Assembly: GCF_037042905.1 (NCBI RefSeq)
Contig: NC_087251.1
Coordinates: 25,174,001 to 25,238,000, forward strand
Reading direction: 5' to 3'
Source: Lytechinus pictus
Taxonomy: Eukaryota
DNA: 64,000 bases
The stretch's first letter is position 1. Every line of letters starts with the position of its first letter. The notes beneath the pieces are model-generated. The model was not told where the DNA came from, ran no database searches, and worked only from the letters and a program-made list of their open reading frames with translations. Positions 37,763-49,700 of the stretch are shown in pieces. The position numbers were made by a program, and so were the translations under genes.

Positions 37763-40700
37763 ATGGATGATGATTTAGGATTCACCCTTGCCTTATCAGG
37801 AAGAGGATTAAGGGGTATGTATTATTTAAAGATGAACCGCTTGTTCGTAGGCGTAGCGTAGCCAGGTCGTCGTACAGAACCGTATCGTACCTCCAATGAA
37901 GACGGAGCAGAGCAACTACAAAGCCAAGGGCAAGGGCAGGGCTAGGCCAGCGCCAGTCAGCCAAGGGAGCCCGGGCGGCAAGCGGCGTAGGGGCACTCTG
38001 CGCCGCGCTGCGCTAGATTCTTTACCAAATATTCACAACACGGCACAGCAGCAAACAAGGGCGTAGTCGAGGATGTGCATCTTGTTAATGTTAGAGAAAA
38101 AGATCATCATGAAGATGGCTATGTTAAATGTAAACATCGGTAAGGTTTTCCCAGTCTTCTCAAGATGTTTTTCTTGTTTTTTTAATGATTTTTTTTACTT
38201 TTTGTTTAAAAATGGAATCAATAATGATATCGTTTAAATTTAAATATCGGAAATGAAGTTGTAACGTCCATGCGCAGTGAGTCGCCATCGGCGATAATCG
38301 GCGGTCTTCAACCTTCAATTTTGCACACAAAAAAATAATTCTTACCCAAATCTTTATATGAGATTGATGGCAAAATGCTATGGAATCGGTTAGTACCACA
38401 TTTAACTCACATTTTTGATGATTTCTGCTTGCAGAATGGTGATATCGTGATGCTTGTTGATTTCTTCAAAATGGGCGCTAGCGGTGGCAAATTTGCCGAT
38501 CTTTTGCCAATATTTTCATGAATACTGAACTCATCCTAAAGAAATTATCACTAAAGGGTAATTTTAGGTCGCTTTTCACGTTGACGATGTCAGATTTTAA
38601 GGATATTGGCTAGTTTTTGAGATAATGACCGTCCGCGAAGTATGGACATGCGCGAAGTTTGGACTCACTGTCATACATTGAGACGCCACCCCCTCTTATT
38701 TTGATAACAATTGTCACCCCCACTTTCAAAATGAAATGATCGTGAGCATTTTTTATAATCTATATTTTGATACCAAATATTGGTAACTTGAGCAGGCAGT
38801 TTTGGAAACATCGATTGCTTAGTGTGGGCGTGTCAAATCGTCACCCGAGATAAATGGCAGCTAAAATTTGCACCGTTCGGACCAAGTTTGCAAGTCTGAG
38901 TTTGACTGCGCTACACTCCTTTTTCTTTTGCTGGATCTGCTCCACAGTTGAAACTAACCATAGCGATATATATGCAATATACCTTGGTTGATTTTGTTGT
39001 CTGGGATGATAGCTCATTAATTAGTGACATGCCAAATATTTTACAATGTTGATAAAAATTTGTGTCCTTAAAGGACAAGTCCATCCCAACAAAAAGTTGA
39101 TTTGAATAAAAAGAGAAAAATCCAACGAGCATAACACTGAAAATTTTATCAAAATCGGATGTGAAATAAGAAAGTTATGACATTTTTAAGTTTCGCCTAA
39201 TTTCACATAATAGTTATATGCACATCCTGGTCGGTATGCAAATGAGGCAACTGATGACATCACTCACTCACTTTTTCTTTTGTATTTTATTATTTGAAAT
39301 ATGAAATATTCAAATTTTCTCATTGTCCTGTGAAACAAAGTTTTATTTCTCACTGAACATGTGGAGTTACCATTGCTTAACATGATATGATTCAGTCAAG
39401 TTAGTCCTTATTGTCAAATCTGTAAAAAATGAAATATTGTATAATTCAAACAATAAAAAACAAAAGAAATAGTGAGTGAGGGATATCATCGATTCTCTCA
39501 TATGCATGTGACTTAATTGTGCATAGAACTATTTGGTGAAAAGTAAGTGAAATTTCAAAATGTCATAACTTTCTTATTTTACATCCGATTTTGATGAAAT
39601 TTTCAGCATTATGCTTGTCTGATTTTTCTCTGTTGATTCAAAACAACTTTTTTCTGAGGTGGACTTGACCTTTAAAACAGTTCAAATCACTACATGTACA
39701 TCTACATAAAGCACCACCATAGAGTGTTGCAAGAGAAAAGATCATCAATCAATGACATGTTACTCACCACAAACATGTACATATAAATATCTACAGAAAA
39801 TTTGCTGACGAGGTGGATACAAAACTGATGAATATGTGTTCGACAGCTCAACCAGGCTTTGACAAAGCATTGTCTCATGGGAATGAATTCTCCATAGCGA
39901 CTTGAGCAATCCTCTAAGAATGCAGATTTGAGATTACATCTATATACCTAAATTGGCCATGCCATGCTTTTATGCAGAAACATTTTTTTTTAAAATAAGT
40001 CGTTTCAGCATTTACTTTCTCAAAAAAGTCTTTTTCTGAATGGTTGCTAGATTATGACAGCCTTGTCCTAATATACATGTATTTATGGTAATATTAGGCC
40101 CATTATGGAATGGAAACAAATATCTGTCTTAAAATTGCAGGGAGGGCATCAGACTCGATTAATGAGCTAAGGGCAACACTTAACAGTAGTCCAAGGAGGC
40201 GTACTTTAGGTAGTCACCTACCCACACCTAGACACTCATCCTCCAGCCTTTCCAAGAGCACCTCCAGAAGATTGCAACACAGGAGTTTGTCTTCACCAAG
40301 GGATCTTGAGCCAGGAAGTCTTCAAAACACAAGGTAATCCGATTCTCTTCTCAAAACAGGGTAGAGTGTCAGAAGTAGTTGATTTTTGACTTAATTACTC
40401 ATGAATCACATATTTTTTCAGTTGTATATCATTTTTATTTCAATGATTTCATGCATTCAACGATTTGTTGCAGAAATGTATGAAAAAAAACATACACAAA
40501 ACTGGGTTATGGTTAACATCAATTACCGGTACTCATAGCTCCCCCTTATTTTCTATTAAAGATGGTGAATTTCTTAATCATTTACATGTAAGTTGAAAAT
40601 GGAATCACTGGGTGTTGGTCAAATTAATACTGGTAGGTAGTATTTCCTGGACTGGTTTATAGTTAATTTAATATCTCTTTATTTGTAAGGTTTTTGTTGA

Positions 40701-43700
40701 ACTATAGTCATCTTGCTAATGTTTATATAAATCCATCATGTTTTGTGCAGGTTATCTGATAATAGAGCACTTGACAACTACAACAATGCTGTAGACAGGC
40801 TCAGAACTCTACTTCTAAGCAATAGTAATCAAGCAAGTACATTGCCTGGTAGAGGTCGAAGGTCATCGGAAGTTTTCTCTCAGAATGGCCAGCATGAGGT
40901 GAATGATTTCAGCATTTGTGTGTGTACATTCAATCAAATCAAGTCTAAACTCTGTATTCTCTTACTTTGACAATTTACACACACTCTCTCCCTCTTATTT
41001 GTACATTCTACAAGTTATGAACTTGTCGATTGGCATTAGTCATCTAGCAAACATCTCTTCCATCCACCACCTTCTTTTTCCTTCCTCCTCCTCCCCCTCT
41101 GACTTTCTCTATTCCCCTACCTTTCCAATAAACAGAAATATACTGGTAGCATGAAGAGGAGGAGATGAGATTTTTCTTTTTAGGAACAAATATCGTTCAA
41201 TTGTATGAACACTGAGTGAAATGCCATTATTTTCTTTTCTTTTGTAACAATTCATGCGCTAGGCTCCCTTTGCAATGGAGGATACCTACACCTACAAACA
41301 GTCCCCTAGACTTCCATTAACAACCAGCGTGTCTAAAGTGCACACTGAGCCCAACTCGCAACAGCTGCTACAGATTATCAACAGCCAAAGTGCATACATT
41401 CAACAGTTAGAGGGAGAGAATAAGTACTGCAGGGTAAGGAGCATATTTTTCCAATCATACGCAGCTCATCATAATGTGAACTTTGACTCGTTGAACTTTG
41501 AGCTAATTGATTACTTGATTCATTGAAAATGATTCCAGTTTCTCAATGTGCGATTTTGTTGATATGTCTAAAAAATAAATTAAAGTAGTGAAATGATGAT
41601 TGTATATTGAGAAAATGTAAAGAAAAGTCTATTCAAAAGAAGAAAAATTATAAGATATATTCAAACTAGCGAAGAAGCAGATATGGCACATTTGGAAAAA
41701 AAAGTTGTTGATGATTTTGTTTCATTTTGTCATTAAAGACACCAAGGGAATATAAATCGGATGCATTTATCTGGACTATATTTTATTTTGTGCATTCCAA
41801 ATCATAGTGTTGAAATGAAATCCATGAATGGATATTCTTTTATTTTTGTAGTATATTTTGTGTATGTTTATCATTAGGAGGAGCTCCATGGTCTAAAAGG
41901 AAGGACAGAGGCGATTGTAGCAGAGAATGTCAAACTGAATGACGAGATGAAAGATATGCTCATTAAAACAGCTCTGGAAGATAGTCCATTTAGACAGGTA
42001 TTGGTCAAAGTGATAGAAAGATATTAAAAAATAGAGAGACTGGAGGGGATGGGGGAGTTGATGATATATAAACAAGAAGATGGCTACAGATAGATAACAT
42101 TTGAGGTGTAAGAAAAGGAAGAAATGACAGAGGATGTTTAAAATGAAAGTATGATTTAATATCACCCATATATAAACTGGGTTTCAAAAGAAACAATGGT
42201 TACAATGGCACTACACAAATTCCACTCATTTACACAGGCTAGCTTCAATAATCGTTACTAAGCACATGTCAATAATTGTAAAGTGTTTATCTGTGTGTGG
42301 CTGAGTGAGATACACACAGACACACACCATGTTCAGATCCCCCGCTTACCGGGACATTCCTGGGGGATTTGTGTGTGACTGTGTGATTGTTCCAGTCATT
42401 TAAAATTTGATGTAAATTTCCTGTAGCTTCTTTGTGAATGAACCAATCACTAAAACATGCCTATGAAGGACAAGTGTAAGAAACTGGAAATTTGTTGAAT
42501 CCCATCTCATTTCGAATGGTCTTTCTTTTGCCATTTTGTGACTTTGGATTCTGAAACCGATTGGTGTGTGGAGTTATAGCCCAAAGCTGCCAACTAATTT
42601 ATTTTAACGATACTAGTATGTTTTTTCATAATCAAAAGTGACAAAATATGAGTTTTTATTGCAAAATATGTTTTTTGTTAAATTTGATTGGCATGCTTCA
42701 TACATGTACATGTATGTGTAATTTATCAATTTTTGTACTAAAATATGTTTTTTCCTTCAAAATATGATTTTTATTATGGATCAGTATGTTTTTTGGTCAA
42801 CAGAGGTTGGCAGCTCTGATAGCCTCTCTTTGATTGAACCAATCTCTTAATTATATTAATGTCTGAGCAAAATGAGTTCTATTAGATTTGTTAATAAGAG
42901 AGCGGATCGGATCCTTGTTATTTGATGAAAATATCCTTATCTCAATATTAGGACCAGCCATGATACTCAAATTATTATTATTTGCTATCCATTATACTAA
43001 ATTTACATGTATACAAAATAGATGCCTGGTCATGTGTTCGCACACAACCAATCATCAGATTAGGAGCATAGTATGTATGTATAATTTCTCATATTATTAC
43101 AGTGTTTGTTACTGTAAAATGTTTAAATATATAAGAGTTTTAATGTGTTTTTATCCCTTTGTAATGGTTTTAATCTAGGATGAACAGCCATCCTCAATGC
43201 AAGGTAACCAAGAAAGACGTTCTAACCAGAGACAACATCCTCAAGCTCCGGATAGACTCATGTTTGCCCAATGGAGTGAAGATCTTGTAAGTCATGACAC
43301 TGTCAATTTCATTAAATCACATAATTCCTTTTTAGTTGATGGACCATAATTACAAGGAAAAGAATATTTTGTAGTTTTAGTTTTTACTGTGTCCAAAATA
43401 AAGTGTATAAAGAAGAGTTGTTCTTTATCATGATAATTGATTACTGATAATTTTTTTTTGTTTTGTTACATATTGTTCCATTTATTAGATGACATCATGA
43501 GCTTCCCCAATAAATTCGATCATCTTGTTTTACAGTTTGTTTCATATAAACTGTTGAAATATGAGTACATCGATTGGATACATTTTTGTATATTCATAAA
43601 GTTAATTATATTCATTAAATGAAATGAAAAGTCTTATTTGATACTGCATTGTTTCCTTTGCAGGAAAAACTGAAGAAAATGCATAGTATGCGAGTAAAGA

Positions 43701-46700
43701 GATTGGAAGACCAATTAGCTTCAACAAAGTAAGTTTGTTTGAGAAATATGTTCTTGAGCAGACACCAATCATTATTTCTCTATGGACTTTGTGTGTCTCT
43801 TATTGTGCCAAATTGGTGACTTTGGCAATTTAGGGTCAAAAGACAGCATCACCTTTGTAGCAATTACTGCGATGCACACACCTTTTTCCAATTACGGTAG
43901 CTGATGCTGGATGGAACAGTACTTCAATGGTTAAAAAAGAAAGAAAATCATATGTCAGACCCGTCTAATACAGACTATCCCTATGATTGGGAAAATTGAA
44001 GAGCAGTTTTCATCATCATATTGCAGTCTTGCAAAAATATATTCAATAAATTAAAGAATATCATATATTTTTTTAGCTTTCATTATCTAAAGTTGTGTTT
44101 CAAAGTTGCAATATCTGGGAAATCATTTATTCAACCTGTAGGTATAACAGAAAAGATGTATCTTGTGGCAAATGGAGCATGCACTTATAGGTGTATTTTC
44201 CTTTATAATTTGTCCATTTTGTTGTAGATCTGAGTTGGTAAACTATGAGAAGCAGTGCAATGATTTGAAGGTGAAGCTAAGGATGGCTGAATCAGTAAAC
44301 CTTCTCTCAAGGAAAGACAGTCATATCAAAGATGGTCTCTGTGTACGCTGTGCTCAAGAAGAGGCTGTTATGACCATCCCCAGTCAGCCTGCGAATAGTA
44401 CTACCATTCACAGGATAACAGAGTATGTGATATACCCCCTTATTTTTTGGTTTTCTGTTATGACATTAATTCTTACTTCCAGTTTTGGTAGGACCTACAA
44501 ATTATCTGTTACAGTTTGTTTTTAGTTGTCCAGTAGCATTAAAAATGCAACAACAAAAACTTATTTTCCTTTGTCGCCAAGAAAAATTAACAAACAACTA
44601 CTTGATAATTTTGACCAAGGACTGAGTCCCAGCTTTGATGCCATACAGGTACAGATGTTAAAACCAATTCTCGCTACCCCAAATAGCGATTTCGCCGAGA
44701 TCCGGGAAAATCCCTGTAACGCGCATTGCATTATGGGGTAGCTTTTTCGGTATTACAACTTCCTGTTCGGAAGTCCAATGCACTGTTTTGCCATCCAGAT
44801 CAACAGATAAAAACATGAATAAAAATTATTTTTCATGTGAAATATATTTTATATTTTTATTCATAATTCAAATGGAATCAAAACTGACCAAAGTAAATAA
44901 AAAGTATTATAATCTGTACATATTACGCTGATTGGCATCGATTTCAGCGTGGTGGAAAACTCAGTATCGCGAACCCATAGAGATGTATACTAATTAGCGT
45001 TATTAGTATACATCTCTATGCGCGAACCTTGCGCGAGCATGACTCTGAACCGGAAGTTGTGATGACGACCCGACGGAGTGAAAATTATCTCGTCTCGCGC
45101 ATTATGAGATTTTTGTTCCTATTTGGGGTAGCGAGAATTAGAGTTCACTTTTCCTGAATATAGTACAAATTAGTGCTGTAGCCGAACCGCCGAACCGAAC
45201 GGTAGTTCGCCGAACATGGCACTTCCGAACCGAACAGAACCGAACCGAACACTAAGACTTGGTTCGGAAGTTCGGCAAAAAAAAAAAAAACGGCTTTCAG
45301 CTAATAAATTTATAAGTTTACACCCTTTCTAATCATTATATTTGCGCATTCTCTAATCTTCTTTGCAATTGTATGTTGGAAGTATGCGCTTATTTTGCGG
45401 TTACTAGATTTTATTTTCATTTTCATGTTGACATTGTGGTTTTTACGGCCCTGATTAAGAAAGGAGATCCGATGAATGATGTTGCGCGAGCTTGCGCTAT
45501 AATCATTTTACTGGCTTTCATCATCTCTCGCTCTGTGGCCGAATCGCCGAAGCATGGTAAAGAAAACCAAAACTGTATGAGTGTTCATTGGTTAAATCTA
45601 ATTATTTAAATATTGTTGTTTTTAGGTGGCGAACAAGATTCTTGTTTGAAAATCTTCAAAGTATTTTGAATGAACGAGCTCAATAAACTGAAAGTGAAAG
45701 ATGAAGTACCATTAATATTACGAATTACGATACGTGATTAAGATCGTAACTCGTGTATTGTTGCGGCGGAGAATAAAGATCTGATTGAGGTGATTAACAT
45801 TATTATTGAGGTGTCGGCTCGCTACTGTCTAGTTTTCATGATTTTAGAGAGAAGTAAAGAGTTTTGAAAACGAGAGATCCAGTGAAAGTGGGAAATAAAG
45901 TGAGTGACTGTTAGAGATGGAAAGGAGAGACGCAAAACAAATAATATAGAAATGAGATGAGGTGAAGTTATCTTTTTTATTATTAACAATCAGATGAAAA
46001 TAAAAATCAAACACTCATGAATGATTACGGTATAGCATATAGCAAGATCCCCTTCCCCTCGTTGAAAAGTTGAATGAAGATAAAGCGGAAACAGTCATCT
46101 CTTGGGGGAAAATGACCCCCAATCTTTACTTTTTTCCCTTTCTTATCAACTTCTCAAATTAACCATAAACAATTCGATGATCACTCTACTCCCCCTGTCC
46201 CATTACAGTCGTAAAACTTTGCATCCCACTTTGTCTGTATGTTCATGGGCTGCGTTTATGCGACCTCAAGCCAGAATCATGATTTGAATCATGATTTGAA
46301 TCATGATTCAAAACACAAACATGAATCACGATATCACATAATCAGCGTTTAGACGACCTTCATTCCTAAGCTGTTTCTCCTCAGATTCGGGCCAATCCAG
46401 TGCGCATCACTAGTGCGCAGTTTGACAGAGGAAGTTTTTCGCACGTGTTTCGGCTCTCGAAAAATATTTTGCTTCCATAATTCAACCTAAGTTTACTTCT
46501 ATCATATAGGGTCCATATGCTTCTATTCATCTTGTTAGTTAATCCAAAATGGTGTTCGGAAGTGAATTTCAGCGTAGATCCAATTTAATATTGACACTCT
46601 ATACTCACAACAACTGAGATCATTGTCTGTCCAGTTAATTCATTTACTAGAACTTGAAGTTGAAGACATGACCAAAAAATGAAAAGTAGTGGACGATGCG

Positions 46701-49700
46701 AAGACCAACACAGAATTTGAACATGACAAGAAATGCATGCAGAGTAATCATGTACATACAATGAGCACATAGAGAGCCTTGAGCTTGGCAAGAGTCAAAC
46801 CGAAAGCCGTAGCCCGACACAGTGAGGTCATATAATCATGATTCAAATCACGATATCGTTTATTCGAACATTTTCGTACGTGATTCTGCAGAAACGTCTT
46901 TCCAAACGCCCCTTTTTTCGTGTTTCATGTTTGTGATTCTAATCATGATTATATTCAATTTCGACTAAACGCAATCGTGATTCTGCAGAATCATGATTTG
47001 AATCATGATTCGAATCATGATTATAGGGTAAAAAAGTGGCGGATAAACGCACCCATGGTCGAATGAAATCTGACCAATAAAATCATAGAAATCTCGGCAA
47101 TTGCTCTTCAATCGGTGAGCTGAGTTTCGCGGGTGACAAAGCACGTGGCTGTTTGTACCAATGCGACAATCAGCGACATGCGATTGGTGGTTTAGTTCAC
47201 CCATCGAGCCAATTAGCGAAAGGCGCATTACATAAGCACGCTTTCTTCGACACGCCCCTGGCCCTACTATGCCTGCAGTTCAGTGCACTGGCGCTGGCCG
47301 GCCCGCCTCGTATGTGATGCAATGGCCAATCACGTTTGGCCGGACTGTAAATATAAATATTCATGAGCTCAAAGTCCCGGCCCGCGACAAGGGGACTGCA
47401 TGCGCTGGCGCGACCTAGCTGGTACTGGTACGAGTCGAGTCGAGTGCGAGCGTAGTTAATTTGGCAAGTATCCAAAGCGTGGTCCAGGTATGGGCGACGA
47501 GGAAGAGTCGCCATTTTAGAACTGTGAGTTACCCAATAAATCTGTCATCAGATAATCAAATTCGAGATAACAGTTGATTCGTTGAGCACTATAACTTTCA
47601 TAGTTTCATGTCAACAAGATAGAGATAAAATGGTTTGATGTGACAGAGGACACGCGAGCACATGCAGTCAATCAAGTACAAATTGTCTACCGGTACGCTA
47701 CGTATACCTGAATGAACTATAACTTTATCAGTCTATCATTACCGAACCCCGAACCGAACCAATGTTCGGCAATTTTCTGCCGAACCTTGCCGAACCGAAC
47801 CGAACCCGAACATGGCGCCTGACTTGCAGCACTAGTACAAATCATTATGGAATCACATGCAACAAAGGGCTGGAGGTCATTTTACCCCAACGTTTGGTCA
47901 GAAGTGTGTTTTACATATTGCAGAAATATTTCAGAAGTACACTGAATATACACTGAGATTTTAAATACTGGATACTTGATGGGGTAAACCCTTTGGCAGC
48001 TCATACAGGAAGCTATACTGGGATGAATAAAGTGAGTCCCTTGAAGGAGTGTCATGAAGTGCAGAAATGGTGATGAATAGACATAGCAATTTGTATATCA
48101 GTAAAACATGCTATGCCGATCCAATCGTTCATTTGTATATTTCAGAGATGCCAACTTAATTTTTTTTTTTTTTTGCTGAACTTTATTTTACTGAAAATGT
48201 TACAGTTTTTATTTTAGTTGCATAGTTTTTTATTTTAATATTACTTCGCATGTTTAGCGCGAAAAAGATGTGCACCAAAATATGCACATGCACATCTGTA
48301 TAATCCTCAGAGATGGCAGTGCTGTTTACAATGTACAATGTAGTTCCCCTGACGTTTGATTGATTTTTTTTTACCTGTTTGTATTATAATACCATCAGGG
48401 AGAGGGATGATTTGGTGAGTCGTCTCACTGCTAACCAGGCAGCAAAAGAAGAAGCAGAAGTGAGGGAAGCTGAAGCTTATAATCAGGTGCAGCAAAGCAT
48501 TCAACTCGTAGAACAAGCTCAGTTAGAGAGAACAGAGGTAAGTAGCAAAGTCGTGAGTTACGTCTGTTGTTTCTAGGATAGTAGCTCGCAGAACAATGTC
48601 TTGTCTTGTCTTGTAAATACTGCACTTGATCGCCTCAAAGATGCTATAGACCTGCAGGCCATTCACGTAATCGCTGCTGCTATATACTTCTTTTAATTAG
48701 CATGTTTTTTGCTCGGCTGTTTCTTAAACAAAAAAAAATAGGAAAATTAAAACAGTAAAGTAAGCAAAACAAACGGAGCGCACACAATGCATGATGGCTA
48801 ATCCATCAATGCAAATCCACAGACTCTTCTTGCATGCAGAAATGAGATTGTACATAATTTTTTTTAAATATGTAGATTAAGATCCAGACTAAAAATATGT
48901 ATATTTGATTAGAATAGTGGATGAAATTATTTTACTATTTATTTAAGAAAATAAGTGAGATGTATATAATTAGGAATTGAATGATAAAAGTACATAATTA
49001 TCACAGATTGTTTGGAGGCAGGATGGATTGGCATATGGCATGAAAACAATATTGAAATGTTTACGTGAATGTTTATGGTAAATTGCTGATTGGTCTACAC
49101 CTGTTTTGTGTACTTTCAATTTCGTGTCATCACACATGGTGTAATCCTACTACATCTTCAACCGATTTGTCTACTACTAATTTAGTCTAATTACCATTTA
49201 GCCCATTTAAACTTTCATCCATTTCCAGTTAGGCTGTTCCCGTTTCATCTAATATCCACCTGGCTTGACACCACTTATTCATTATGGTTCAATGAACTGT
49301 TAATGAACCAAACTTTCATTTGACCAAGTTAAAATTAATTAGACTAAATAAAAATTGACTAAGGGGGTATTAGACCGATTGTATTTTATAGCAAATGGCA
49401 ATTAGTCCAAATTGATTAGTAGACCAAATGGGTTTTACCTGTGTGGTATTAGACTGAGAAGTAGACCAAGTGAATATATAAACCAATGATTGGTTTTGAA
49501 AGAATGCTCTTTTTTAATTAAAAATATGAATGTCAGGTGAATTTTATCATTAATTTATAAGGTAGGAAGAGAAAGAATAAAATGCATAATGCATAAAAAA
49601 TCTTGAAATTAATTATGGTATTGATCTGAAGACTGTATTGGATTTTTTTTTTTTGGGGGGGTCTCCTTTCCTTATAATTAGAAGTAGTTTCTGACTTCCA

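Noticed and set aside
45171..47834. Autonomous hAT transposon
   Set aside because: No ORF longer than about 105 aa and no BED-finger, DDE or dimerisation motif seen.
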